DNA of 64,000 bases from the human T2T-CHM13v2.0 reference genome, Homo sapiens, in the NCBI RefSeq assembly GCF_009914755.1, contig NC_060933.1. The stretch is one strand, 5' to 3'. Below, in pieces: positions 16,498 through 31,580 of the stretch. The notes beneath the pieces were generated by a model that was not told where the DNA came from, did no database searches, and saw only the letters and a program-made list of their open reading frames with translations. The translations under genes and the position numbers were made by a program. The first letter of the stretch is position 1, and the number at the start of each line of letters is the position of its first letter.

Positions 16498-19099
16498 AGG
16501 TCAAATCTAACAAAAATCTTCTAACTAAGCATGATCACTTACTGGATTTGTGTCAGCTGGCATGGTTTCTTTCATTTGGCATATTGTATATGCAGAATAC
16601 ACCCATATATCTTCCAAACCAATATGCTTTGTGAATAAACTGGGACCGTCCTGGGTAATCTGGGATGTAGGATCACTTTAAATGTGCAGTAGCTTTTTGA
16701 TGGTTATCTCATGCTTTCCTTAATCACAGAATGTCATGGCTGGCAGGGAATCCAGAAACCTTCTGACCATTTATTCACAGAGGGGAAAAAATTCGGTCCA
16801 GAGTTGAGAAGTGCTTTTCCTAATGTTGTACAGCTAATCAGCTGTGGGGGGAAAACCCATCACAGTCAATGTGGTAGAATGAAAATGATCTGGAGTCAGG
16901 GGACTTGGGTTCAAATCCAGCTTCTCTCACTAATACAGCTGTAAAGTCTTGCTCTGTGGTTATATGTGGCCATGCCTGGTTTCCTTTACTAGACTTAGAG
17001 TGCCTTAACAATATAAATTGTACATTTTTTGTCTTTGTATCTCTTTTTTTAAATACACTTTAAGTTCTTGGGTACATGCGCAGAATGTGCAGCTTTGTTA
17101 CTTAGGTATACATGTGCCATGGTGGTTTGCTGCACCCATCAACCTGTCACCTACATTAGATATTTGTCCTAATGTTCTCCCTCCCCTAGCCCCCCACCCC
17201 TTGACAGGCTCCAGTGTGTGATGATCCCCTCCCCGGGTCCATGTTATCTCATTGTTCAACTCCCACTTATGAGTGAAAAAAATGCGGTGTTTAGTTTTCT
17301 GTTCTTGTGTTAGTTTGCTGACAATGATAGTTTCCAGCTTCATCCATGTCCCTGCAAAGGACATGAACTCATCCTTTTTTATGGCTGCATAATACTCCAT
17401 GGTGTATATGTGGCACATTTTCTTTATCCAGTCTACCACTGATGGACATGTGGGTTGGTTCCAAGTCTTTGCTATTGTGAATAGTGCCACAATAAACATA
17501 TGTGTACATGTGTCTTTATAGTAGAATGATTTATAATCCTTTGGGTATATACCCAGTAATGAGATTGCTGGGTCAAATGGTATTTCTAATTCTAGATCCT
17601 TGAGGAATTGCCACACTGTCTTCCACAATGGTTGAACTAACTTACACCCCCACCAACAGTGTAAAAGTGTTCCTATTTCACCACATCCTCTCCAGCACCT
17701 GTTGTTTCCTGACTTTTTAATGATCACCATTCTAACTGGTATGAGATAGTATCTCATTGTGGTTTTGATTTGCATTTCTCTAATGACCAGTGATGATGAG
17801 CTTTTTTTTCATGTTTGCTGGCTGCATAAATGTCGTCTTTTGAGAAGTGTGTCTGTTCATATCCTTTGCCCACTTTTTGATGGGGTTGTTTTTTTCTTGT
17901 AAATTTAAGTTCTTTGAAGATTCTGGATATTAGCCGTTTGTCAGATGGATAGATTGCAAAATTTTTCTCCCATTCTGTAGGTTGCCTATTCACTCTAATG
18001 GTAGTTCCTTTTGCTGTGCAGAAGCTCTTTAGTTTAATGAGATCCCAGTTGCCAATTTTGGCTTTTGTTGCCATTGCTTTTCGTGTTTTAGACATGAAGT
18101 CTTTCCTAATGCCTATGTCCAGAATGGTATTGCCTAGGTTTTCTTCTAGGATTTTTACGGTTTTAGGTCTTAAGGTGGAGTCTTTAATCCATCTTGAGTT
18201 AATTTTTGTGTAAGGTGTAAGGAAAGGGTCCAGTTTAAGTTTTCTGCATGTGACTAGCCAATTTTCCCAGCACCATTGATTACATAGGGAATCCTTTCCC
18301 CATTTCTTGTTTTTGTCAGGTTTGTCAAAGATTAGATGATTGTAGATGTGTGGTGTTATTTCTGAGGCCTCTGTTCTGTTCCATTGGTCTATATACCTGT
18401 TGTGGTACCAGTACCATGCTGTTTTGGTTACGGTAGCCTAGTTTGGAGTCAGGTAGTGTGATGCCTCCAGCTTTGTTCTTTGCTTAGGATTGCCTTGGCT
18501 ATACAGGCTCTTTTTTGGTTCCATATGAACTTTAAAGCAGTTTTTCCAATTCTGTGAAGAAAGTCAGTGGTAGCTTGATGGGGACAGCATTGAATCTATA
18601 AATTACTTTGGAAAGTATGGCCATTTTCATGATAGTGATTCTTCCTATCCATGAGCAGGCATGTTGTTCCATTTATTTGTGTCCTCTCTTATTTCCTTGA
18701 GCAGTGGTTTGCAGTTCTCCTTGAAGAGGTCCTTCACATCCCTTGTAAGTTGTATTCCTAGGCATTTTATTCTCTTTGTAGCAGTTGTGAATGAGAGTTC
18801 ACTCATGATTTGGCTCTCTGTTTGTCTTTTTTTTTTTTATCTGATTCTAAGAAATTTTCTTTTTTTTTAATTTTTTATTTATTTATTTTTTTTTATTACA
18901 CTTTAAATTTTAGGGTACATGTGCACATTGTGCAGGTTAGTTACATATGTATACATGTGCCATGCTGGTGTGCTGCACCCACTAACGTGTCATCTGTCAT
19001 TAGGTATATCTCCCAATGCTATCCCTCCCCCCTCCCCCGACCCCACCACAGTCTCCAGAGTGTGATATTCCCCTTCCTGTGTCCATGTGATCTCATTGT

Positions 19100-22954
<3,855 letters not shown>

Positions 22955-22990
22955 TTAGTTGATGCAGTTTCTTCCTAGTCTTGATGGTCT

Positions 22991-24007
22991 TTACATTTTG
23001 GCATGATTTTGCAGCGGCTGGTACCGGTTGTTCCTTTCCATGTTTAGTGCTTCCTTCAGGAGCTCTTTTAGGGCAGGCCTGGTGGTGACAAAATCTCTCA
23101 GCATTTGCTTGTCTATAAAGTATTTTATTTCTCCTTCACTTATGAAGCTTAGTTTGCCTGGATATGAAATTCTGGGTTGAAAATTCTTGTCTTTAAGAAT
23201 GTTGAATATTGGCCCCCACTCTCTTCTGGCTTGTAGGGTTTCTGCCGAGAGATCCGCTGTTAGTCTGATGGGCTTTCCTTTGAGGGTAACCTGACCTTTC
23301 TCTCTGGCTGCCCTTAACATTTTTTCCTTCATTTCAACTTTGGTGAATCTGACAGTTATGTGTCTTGGAGTTGCTCTTCTTGAGGAGTATCTTTGTGGCA
23401 TTCTCTGTATTTCCTGAATCTGAACGTTGGCCTGCCTTGCTAGATTGGGGAAGTTCTCCTGGATAATATCCTGCAGAGTGTTTTCCAACTTGGTTCCATT
23501 CTCCCCATCACTTTCAGGTACACCAATCAGACGTAGATTTGGTCTTTTCACATAGTCCCATATTTCTTGGAGGCTTTGCTCATTTCTTTTTATTCTTTTT
23601 TCTCTAAACTTCCCTTCTCGCTTCATTTCATTCATTTCATCTTCCATTGCTGATACCCTTTCTTCCAGTTGATGGCATCGGCTCCTGAGGCTTCTGCATT
23701 CTTCACGTAGTTCTCGAGCCTTGGTTTTCAGCTCCATCAGCTCCTTTAAGCACTTCTCTGTATTGGTTATTCTAGTTATACATTCTTCTAAATTTTTTTC
23801 AAAGTTTTCAACTTCTTTGCCTTTGGTTTGAATGTCCTCCCGTAGCTCAGAGTAATTTGATCGTCTGAAGCCTTCTTCTCTCAGCTCGTCAAAATCATTC
23901 TCCATCCAGCTTTGTTCCGTTGCTGGTGAGGAACTGCGTTCCTTTGGAGGAGGAGAGGCACTCTGCTTTTTAGAGTTTCCAGTTTTTCTGTTCTGTTTTT
24001 TCCCCAT
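22991..24007 (-). CDS. L1 ORF1p (338 aa RNA-binding chaperone), open frame
   Basis: MGKKQNRKTG...NHAKM; canonical length; near-identical to human L1 ORF1p. Confidence 0.97.
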   Translation of the reverse strand: MGKKQNRKTGNSKKQSASPPPKERSSSPATEQSWMENDFDELREEGFRRSNYSELREDIQTKGKEVENFEKNLEECITRITNTEKCLKELMELKTKARELREECRSLRSRCHQLEERVSAMEDEMNEMKREGKFREKRIKRNEQSLQEIWDYVKRPNLRLIGVPESDGENGTKLENTLQDIIQENFPNLARQANVQIQEIQRMPQRYSSRRATPRHITVRFTKVEMKEKMLRAAREKGQVTLKGKPIRLTADLSAETLQARREWGPIFNILKDKNFQPRISYPGKLSFISEGEIKYFIDKQMLRDFVTTRPALKELLKEALNMERNNRYQPLQNHAKM

Positions 24008-24911
24008 CTTTGTGGTTTTATCTACTTTTGGTCTTTGATGATGGTGATGTACAGATGGGTTTTCGGTGTAGATGTCCTTTCTGGTCGTTAGTTTTCCTTC
24101 TAACAGACAGGACCGTCAGCTGCAGGTCTGTTGGAATACCCTGCAGTGTGAGGTGTCAGTGTGCCCCTGCTGGGGGGTGCCTCCCAGTTAGGCTGCTCGG
24201 GGGTCAGGGGTCAGGGACCCAATTGAGGAGGCAGTCTGCCCGTTCTCAGATCTCCAGCTGCGTGCTGGGAGAACCACTGCTCTCTTCAAAGCTGTCAGAC
24301 AGGGACACTTAAGTCTGCAGAGGTTACTGCTGTCTTTTTGTTTGTCTGTGCCCTGCCCCCAGAGGTGGAGCCTACAGAGGCAGGCAGGCCTCCTTGAGCT
24401 GTGGTGGGCTCCACCCAGTTCGAGCTTCCCGGCTGCTTTGTTTACCTAAGCAAGCCTGGGCAATGGCGGGCGCCCCTCCCCCAGCCTCGTTGCCGCCTTG
24501 CAGTTTGATCTCAGACTGCTGTGCTAGCAATCAGCGAGATTCCGTGGGCGTAGGACCCTCTGAGCCAGGTGTGGGATATAGTCTCCTGGTGCGCCGTTTT
24601 TCAAGCCGGTCTGAAAAGCGCAATATTCGGGTGGGAGTGACCCGATTTTCCAGGTGCCGTCTGTCACCCCTTTCTTTGACTCGGAAAGGGAACTCCCTGA
24701 CCCTTGCGCTTCCCAGGTGAGGCAATGCCTCGCCCTGCTTCGGCTCGCGCACGGTGCACGCACACACTGGCCTGCGCCCACTGTCTGGCACTCCCTAGTG
24801 AGATGAACCCGGTACCTCAGATGGAAATGCAGAAATCACCCGTCTTCTGCGTCGCTCACGCTGGGAGCTGTAGACCGGAGCTGTTCCTATTCGGCCATCT
24901 TGGCTCCTCCC
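24008..24911 (-). promoter_or_regulatory. L1 5'UTR: CpG-rich internal sense promoter with YY1 site, plus antisense promoter
   Basis: CpG-dense sequence; YY1 motif CAAGATGGCCG at ~24892-24902; splice donor GAG|gtaccg at 24815. Confidence 0.85.
24463..24720 (+). CDS. L1 ORF0 (antisense ORF in the 5'UTR), 85-aa variant
   Basis: MAGAPPPASLPPCSLISDCCASNQRDSVGVGPSEPG... begins at ATG 24463 in a good context (gcaATGg), inside ORF-track entry 24394-24720. Confidence 0.8.
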   Translation: MAGAPPPASLPPCSLISDCCASNQRDSVGVGPSEPGVGYSLLVRRFSSRSEKRNIRVGVTRFSRCRLSPLSLTRKGNSLTLALPR

Positions 24912-27900
24912 TTCTCTCTGTTTGTCTTTTATTGGTGTATATGAATGCTTGTGATTTTTTGCACATTGATATTGTATCCTGAGGTGCTGAAGTTGCTTAT
25001 CAGCTTAAGGAGATTTTGGGCTGGGACAATAGAGTTTTCTAAATATACAATCATGTCATCTGCAAACAGAGACAATTTGACTTCCTCTTTTCCTAATTGA
25101 ACACCCTTTGTTTCTTTCTCTTGCCTGATTGCCCTGGCCAGAACTTCCAATACTATATTGAATAGGAGTGATGAGAGAGGGCATCCTTGTCTTGTGCCAG
25201 TTTTCAAAGGGAATGCTTCCAGTTTTTGCCCATTCAGTACGATATTGGCTATGGGTTTGCCATAAACAGCTCTTATTGAGATACGTTCAATCAGTGCCTA
25301 CTTTATTGAGAATTTTTTAGGATGAAGGGTGTTGAATTTTTGTTGAAGGACTTTTCTGCATCTGTTGAAATAATCACGTGCTTTTTGTCATTGGTTCTGT
25401 GTATGTGATGGATTACATTTATTGATTTGCATATGTTGAACCAGCCTTGCATCCCAGGGATGAAGCCACCTTGATGGTGGTGCATAAGCTTTTTGATGTG
25501 CTGCTGGATTTGGTTTGCCAGTATTTTATTGGGGATTTTCGCATCGATGTTCATCAGGGATACTGGCCTGAAATTTTCTTTTTTTGTTGTGTCTCTGGCA
25601 GGTTTTGGTATCAGGATGATGCTGGCCTTGTAAAATGAGTTAGGGAGGATCCCCTCTTTTTCTATTGTTTGAAATGGTTTCAGAAAGAATGGTACCAGCT
25701 CCTCTTTGTACCTCTGGTAGAATTTGGCAGTGAATTCATCTGGTTCTGGACTTTGGTAGGCTATTAATTACTGCCTCAATTTCAGAAGTTGTTATTGGTC
25801 TATTCAGGGATTCGACTTCTTCCTGGTTTAGTCTTGGGAGGGTGTATGTGTCCAGGAATTTATCCATTTCTTCTAGATTTTCTGGTTTATTTGCATAGAG
25901 GTGTTTATAGTATTCTCTGATGGTAGTTTGTATTTCTGTGGGATCAGTGGTGATATCCCCTTTATCATTTTTTATTGCATCCATTTGATTCTTCTCTCTT
26001 TTCTTTATTAGTCTGGCTAGCAGTCTATCCATTTTTTGATCTTTTCAAGAAACCAGCTCCTGGATTCATTGATTTTTTTTTTTTTTGAAGGGTTTTTCAT
26101 GTCTCTATCTCCTTCAGTTCTGCTCTGATCTTAGTTATTTCTTGTCTTCTGCTATCTTTTGAATTTGTTTGCTCTTGCTTCTCTAGTTCTTTTAATTTTG
26201 ATGTTAGGGTGTCGATTTTAGATCTTTTCTGCTTTCTCTTGTGGGCATTTAGTGCTATAAATTTCCCTCTACACAGTGCTTTAAATGTGTCCCAGAGATT
26301 GTACGTTGTGTTGTTAGTTCTCATTGGTTTCAAAGAACATCTTTGTTTCTGCCTTCATTTCGTTTTTTACCCAGTAGTCATTCAGGAGCATGTTGTTCAA
26401 TTTCCATGTAGTTGTGCAGTTTTGAGTGAGTTTCTTAATCCTGAGTTCTAATTTGATTGCACTATGGTCTGAGAGACTGTTTGTTATGATTTCCATTCTT
26501 TTGCATTTGCTGAGGAGTGTTTTACTTCCAATTATGTGGTCCATTTTAGAATAAGTGCGATGAGGTGCTGAGAAGAATGTATATTCTTCTGATTTGGGGT
26601 AGAGAGTTCTGTAGATGTTTATTAGGTCTGCTTGTTCCAGCGCTGAGTTCAAGTCCTGGATATCCTTGCTAATTTTCTGTCTCATTGATGTGTCTAATAT
26701 TGACAGTGGGGTATTAAATCTCCCACTATTATTGTGTGGGAGTGTAAGTCTCTTTGTGGATCTCTAAGAACTTGCCTTATGAACTTGGATGCTCCTGAAT
26801 GGTGTGCATATATATTTAGGATAGTTGGCTCTTCTTGTTGCATTGATCCCTTTACCATTAGGTAATGGCCTTCTTTCTCTTTTGATCTTTGTTGGTTTAA
26901 AGTCTGTTTTGTCAGAGACTAGGATTGCAACCCCTGCTTTTTTTTTTTTTTTTTTCTTTCTATTTGCTTGGTAAATCTTCCTCCATCCCTTTATTTTAAG
27001 CCTATGTTTGTCTTTGCATGTGAGGTGGGTCTCCTGAATACAGCCACTGATGGGTCTTGACGCTTATCCAATTTGCCAGTCTGTGTCTTTTAATTAGGGA
27101 ATTTATCACATTTACATTTAAGGTTAATATTGTTATGTGTGAATTTGATTCTGTCATTATGATGCTAACTGGTTATTTTGCCTGTTAGTTGATGTTGTTT
27201 CTTTATAGTGTTGATGGTCTTTACAATTTGGTATGTTTTTGCAGTGGCTGGTTCCAGTTGTTCCTCTCCATGTTTAGTGTTTCCTTCAGGAGCTCTTGTA
27301 AGGCAGGCCTGGTGGTGACAAAATCTCTCGGCATTTGCTTGTCTGTAAAGGAGTTTATTTCTCCTTCACTTACGAAACTGAGTTTGCCTGGATATGAAAT
27401 TCTGGGTTGAAAATTCTTTTAAGAATGTTGAATATTGGCCCCCACTCTCTTCTAGCTTGTAAGGTTCCTGCAGAGAGATCTGCTGTTGGTCTGATGGGCT
27501 TCCCTTTGTGGGTAACCTGACCTTTCTCTCTGGCTGCCCTTAACAATTTTTCCTTCATTTCAACTTTGGTGAATCTGATGATTATGTGTCTTGGGGTTGC
27601 TCTTCTCAAGGAGTATCTTTGTGGTGTTCTCTGTATTTCCTGAATTTGAACGTTGGCCTGTCTTGCTAGGTTGGGGAACTTCTCCTGGATGATATCCCGA
27701 AAAGTGTTTTCCAACTTGGTTCCATTCTCTCCATCACTTTCAGGTACACCAATCAGAGGTGGATTTGATCTTTTCACATAGTCCCATATTTCTTGGAGGC
27801 TTTGTTTGATCCCTTTCATCCTTTTTTCTCTAATCTTGTCTTCTCACTTCATTTCATTAAGTTGATCTTCACTTTCTGATATCCTTTCTTCTGCTTGATT

Positions 27901-28327
27901 GATTCAGCTATTTATAGTTGTGTATGCTTCACAGAATTCTCATGCTGTGTTTTTCAGCTCCATCAGGTCATTTATGTTCTTCTCGAAACTGGTTATTCCA
28001 GTTAGCAATTCGCGTAACCTTTTTTCAAGGTTCTTAGCTTCCTTGCATTGGGTTAGAACATGCTGCTTTAGCTCAGAGGAGTTTGTTATTACCCACTTTC
28101 TGAAGCTTACTTCTGTCGAGTCATGAAACTCATTCTCCATCCATTTTTGTTCCATTGCTGGTGAGGAGTTGTCATCCTTGAGAAGAGGTGTTCAGGTTTT
28201 TGGAATTTTCAGCCTTTTTGCGCGGGTTTCTCCCCATCTTAGTGAATTTATCTACCGTCGGTCTTTGTAGTCAGTGACCTTCGGATGGGGTCTCTGAGTA
28301 GATGTGCTATTCCTATTTTTTAGTTTT

Positions 28328-28623
28328 TTTTTCTTTTTTTTTTGTGACAGAGTCTCATTCTGTTGCTTACGCTGGAGTGCAGTGGTGCAATCATGGCTCA
28401 CTGCAAGCTCCACCTCCTGGGTTCATGCCATTCTCCTGCCTCAGCCTCCTGAGTAGCTGGGACTACAGGCACCCACCACCACGCCTGGCTAATTTTTTGT
28501 GTTTTTACTAGAGACGGGTTTCACTGTGTTAGCCAGGATGGTCTCAATCTCCTGACCTTGTGATCTGCCCTCCTCGGCCTCCCAGAGTGCTGGGATTACA
28601 GCCGTGAGCCACTGCACCTGGCC
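28328..28623 (-). mobile_element. AluY/AluSc8-like element inserted in the L1PA7 5'UTR
   Basis: Dimeric Alu with ctgcaagctcc and ttagccaggatggtctc diagnostics; short TSD tagtttt. Confidence 0.88.
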
Positions 28624-29868
28624 TAGTTTTCCTTCTAACAGGACCCTGTGCTGCAGGTCTGTTGGAGTTTGCTGGAGGTCCACTCCAAACCCTGTTTGCC
28701 TGGATATCACCAGAGGAAGCTGCAGAACAGCAAAGACTGCTGCGTGTTCTTTCCTCTGGAACCTTTGTCTCATACGGGCACCTGCCAGATGCCAGCCAGA
28801 GCTCTCCTGTATGAGGTAGGTCTGTTGGCCCCTACTGGGAGCTGTCTCCCAGTCAGTACACATGGGTGTCAGGGACCCACTTGAGGAGGCAGTCTGATCC
28901 TTAGCAGAGCTTGAACGTTGTGCTCTCTTCAGAGCCAGTAGGCAGGGACGTTTAAGTCTGCTGAAGCTGCACCTACAACCGCCCCTTCCGCCAGATGCTC
29001 TGTCCCAGGGAGATGGGGGTTTTATCTATATGTTTGGGGGTACTGCCTTTTTTTTTCAGTGATGCCCTTGCCAGAGAGGAGGAATCTGTAGAAGCAGTCT
29101 GGCCACAGAGGCCTTGCTGAGCTGCAGTGGGCTCCACCCAGTTTGAACTTCCCGGTGGCTTTGTTTACACTGTCAGGGTAAAACTGCCTACTTAAGCCTC
29201 AGCACTGGTTGACACCCCTTCCCCCACCAAGCTTGAGCATCCCAGGTTGACCTCAGACTGTTGTGCTGGCAGCAAGAACTTCAAGTTGTGGATCTTAGCT
29301 TGCTGGACTCCGTGGGGGTTGGACCCACCAAGCCAGACCACTTGGCTCCCTGCCTTCGGCCCCTTTTCCAGGGAAGTGAATGGTTCTGTCTCACTGGTGT
29401 TCTGGCACCACTGAGGTATGGGAAAAAAAAAAACAACACAAAACTCCTGCAGCTAGCTCAGTGTCTGCCCAAATGGCTACTCAGTTTTGTGCTTGAAACC
29501 CAGGACACTGGAGGGTATCTTCTGGTCTGTGGGTTGCAAAGACTGTGGGAAAAGCACAGTGTCTGGGCCAGAGTGCACTGTTCCTCATGGCACAGTCCCT
29601 CACAGCTTCCCTTGGGTAGGGGAGAGAATTTCCTGACCCCTTGCACTTCCTGGGTGAGGCGACACCCCACACCCCACCTTAGCTGGAAATGTGGAAAAAT
29701 CACCTGCCTTCTGTGGCGATCTCGCTGGGAGCTGCATACTGGAGCTGTTCCTATTTGGCCATCTTGCCAGCAACCCTGTCTTTATGTCTCTTAAGCACTG
29801 GCCAAGGCCCAGTGTTTGGCACATAATAGGTGCTCAATAAATATTTGTGAAGGAAGTTGAAAAAAACC

Positions 29869-31580
29869 AAAGTGTTCTTCCTAAGAGTCTTATTTCTGCT
29901 TGGAATAGCACAGAGTACTCAGAAAAACAAAAGAAATCCAGTCCATTCCAGGGCTAGCACTTGGGGGAGCAATGAAGTAAAGCCCCGCTGGCTACCCTGC
30001 CCATTCTGCAGGTGCTGGCTCTCAGAGGGGGACTGCACAGGGAGCAGTGGACTGGGGACAGCTCTGTTTTCTTGCTCTGTGCCTCTCCGGATTGTGGCAT
30101 CAGCCAGAGCAGTTGTCATGACCCACGTAACGACTGCCTTGATTGATTTTTGTTGGTTTTCCAAAAGTTACCAGTTAGGAAGTTGGGAGCTTTTGATCTT
30201 CCCTAACAGCTTCTTTGACGTTTCAACTAGGATTACCAAGAGGATAAACACTTTGCCAGCCCTTTCTCTGAGAGTTCCTCCCAATTCTGAGAGTCAAGGG
30301 CCTTGACTTACTGGCATCTTCCTCCCATTCCTGCACATCTTCCTGAGTGCCTCAATGGTTGTATGCAAACATCCTCTCATCAACCAATCTGCCCCCATCT
30401 TCTGGGGGCCACACCACATGAGGCCCCTTTTGGGAATTTAGAAAACTGTATCTGTCTCCCTGATTTTCCTCCCTAGGGCCACACAAAAGCATTGGACTAA
30501 ACAGCAGAGCAAGAGAGAGAGAGAGACAGACAGAGAGAGGAGAGACAATGCAAGCATATCTTAGAAATGTCAGTGTGGTGTGAGCCAAGAAAAATCAAAC
30601 ACATTCAGCTATTTGGTTGTGGGTTTTCAGGAAGCCAGGCCTTTGCATAGTGCAGATGCTGTAAAATGGTATCTTGAATAAAGAAACTTAAATATTGCTT
30701 TAAGTGAGCCACACCTGTGTCATGCATCCTTTACCAGGAAACCTATACTGCTGGGAGTCCATACAAGGAGTCCTTTCTTGTTGTCTACTTGACAAGACAT
30801 GGCTCTCCACTAGGCTGCATTATTTAAGGGCCAAGGTAATGGGATGGGGTTTTTCTTCTGTCTTTTTCAAATGAAGGAGCTCTTGAAGACTTATGATAAA
30901 TTATGCTGGAAGTTATCAAAATATTCTATTCCAAGTGCTTTTAGAAATGATTTTTTTTAAATGATTTTTTTTTCTACTTTGTGGCATCACTAAATATGAA
31001 GCAAAGCCCAAGCCATGTGGTCACATAGACCTGGGTCTGGATCTCAGCCCTACCTTCTAGGAAATGACCAGGTATAAATTAACTTCTTTGTGCCTAAGTT
31101 TCTTTCTACTTATGCCAACAATATACATATTCCTACCCTAGATGTTTCCTGAAATTACATAATATAGTTTACTGTGGACCAATAACTCAAGGCCTTGGGC
31201 TCTCAGGGTTGGGAAGGACTTTTAGAATAAAGGCTGGCAAAATGTTCATCCTCTTGCCAATCTGAGTTGAAAGATCAAGAAGGTATTAGACCAGATCAAA
31301 GTCTCCTGATTGGCAACTGTGGCAAACCAACAGGAATCAATCAAGGCAGTTGGTTATGACGACTGCCCTGGCTGATGCACCTAACAAGAAAATGGAGCTG
31401 TCCACAATGCTCTCCTCCCTGTGCAGTCCCCCTTTGAGAGTCAGCCCCTGCAGCATGGCCAGGGTAGCCACTGGGACTTCTCTCATTGCTCCCGCCAAGG
31501 GCCAGCCCTGGGATGGACTGTATTTCCGAGTATACTGTGTGCTGTTCCAAACAGAAATGAGACTCTCACGAGGAACATTT
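29869..31580. repeat. Long imperfect inverted repeat: arms 29869-30314 and 31179-31580, spacer ~860 nt
   Basis: By-eye alignment is colinear over the whole arm, roughly 75% identical; perfect 19-mer agggggactgcacagggag at 30026-30044 and its reverse complement at 31415-31433. Confidence 0.92.

Noticed and set aside
17098-18095. ORF2-like ORFs (225 aa, 113 aa) and those at 24929-28155 and 47697-49374 as functional genes
   Set aside because: Frameshifted fragments of decayed L1PA elements.
23290-23295. ORF1 R239Q and other variants shared between inner and outer L1 as conversion evidence
   Set aside because: CpG transitions or ancestral states, so uninformative.
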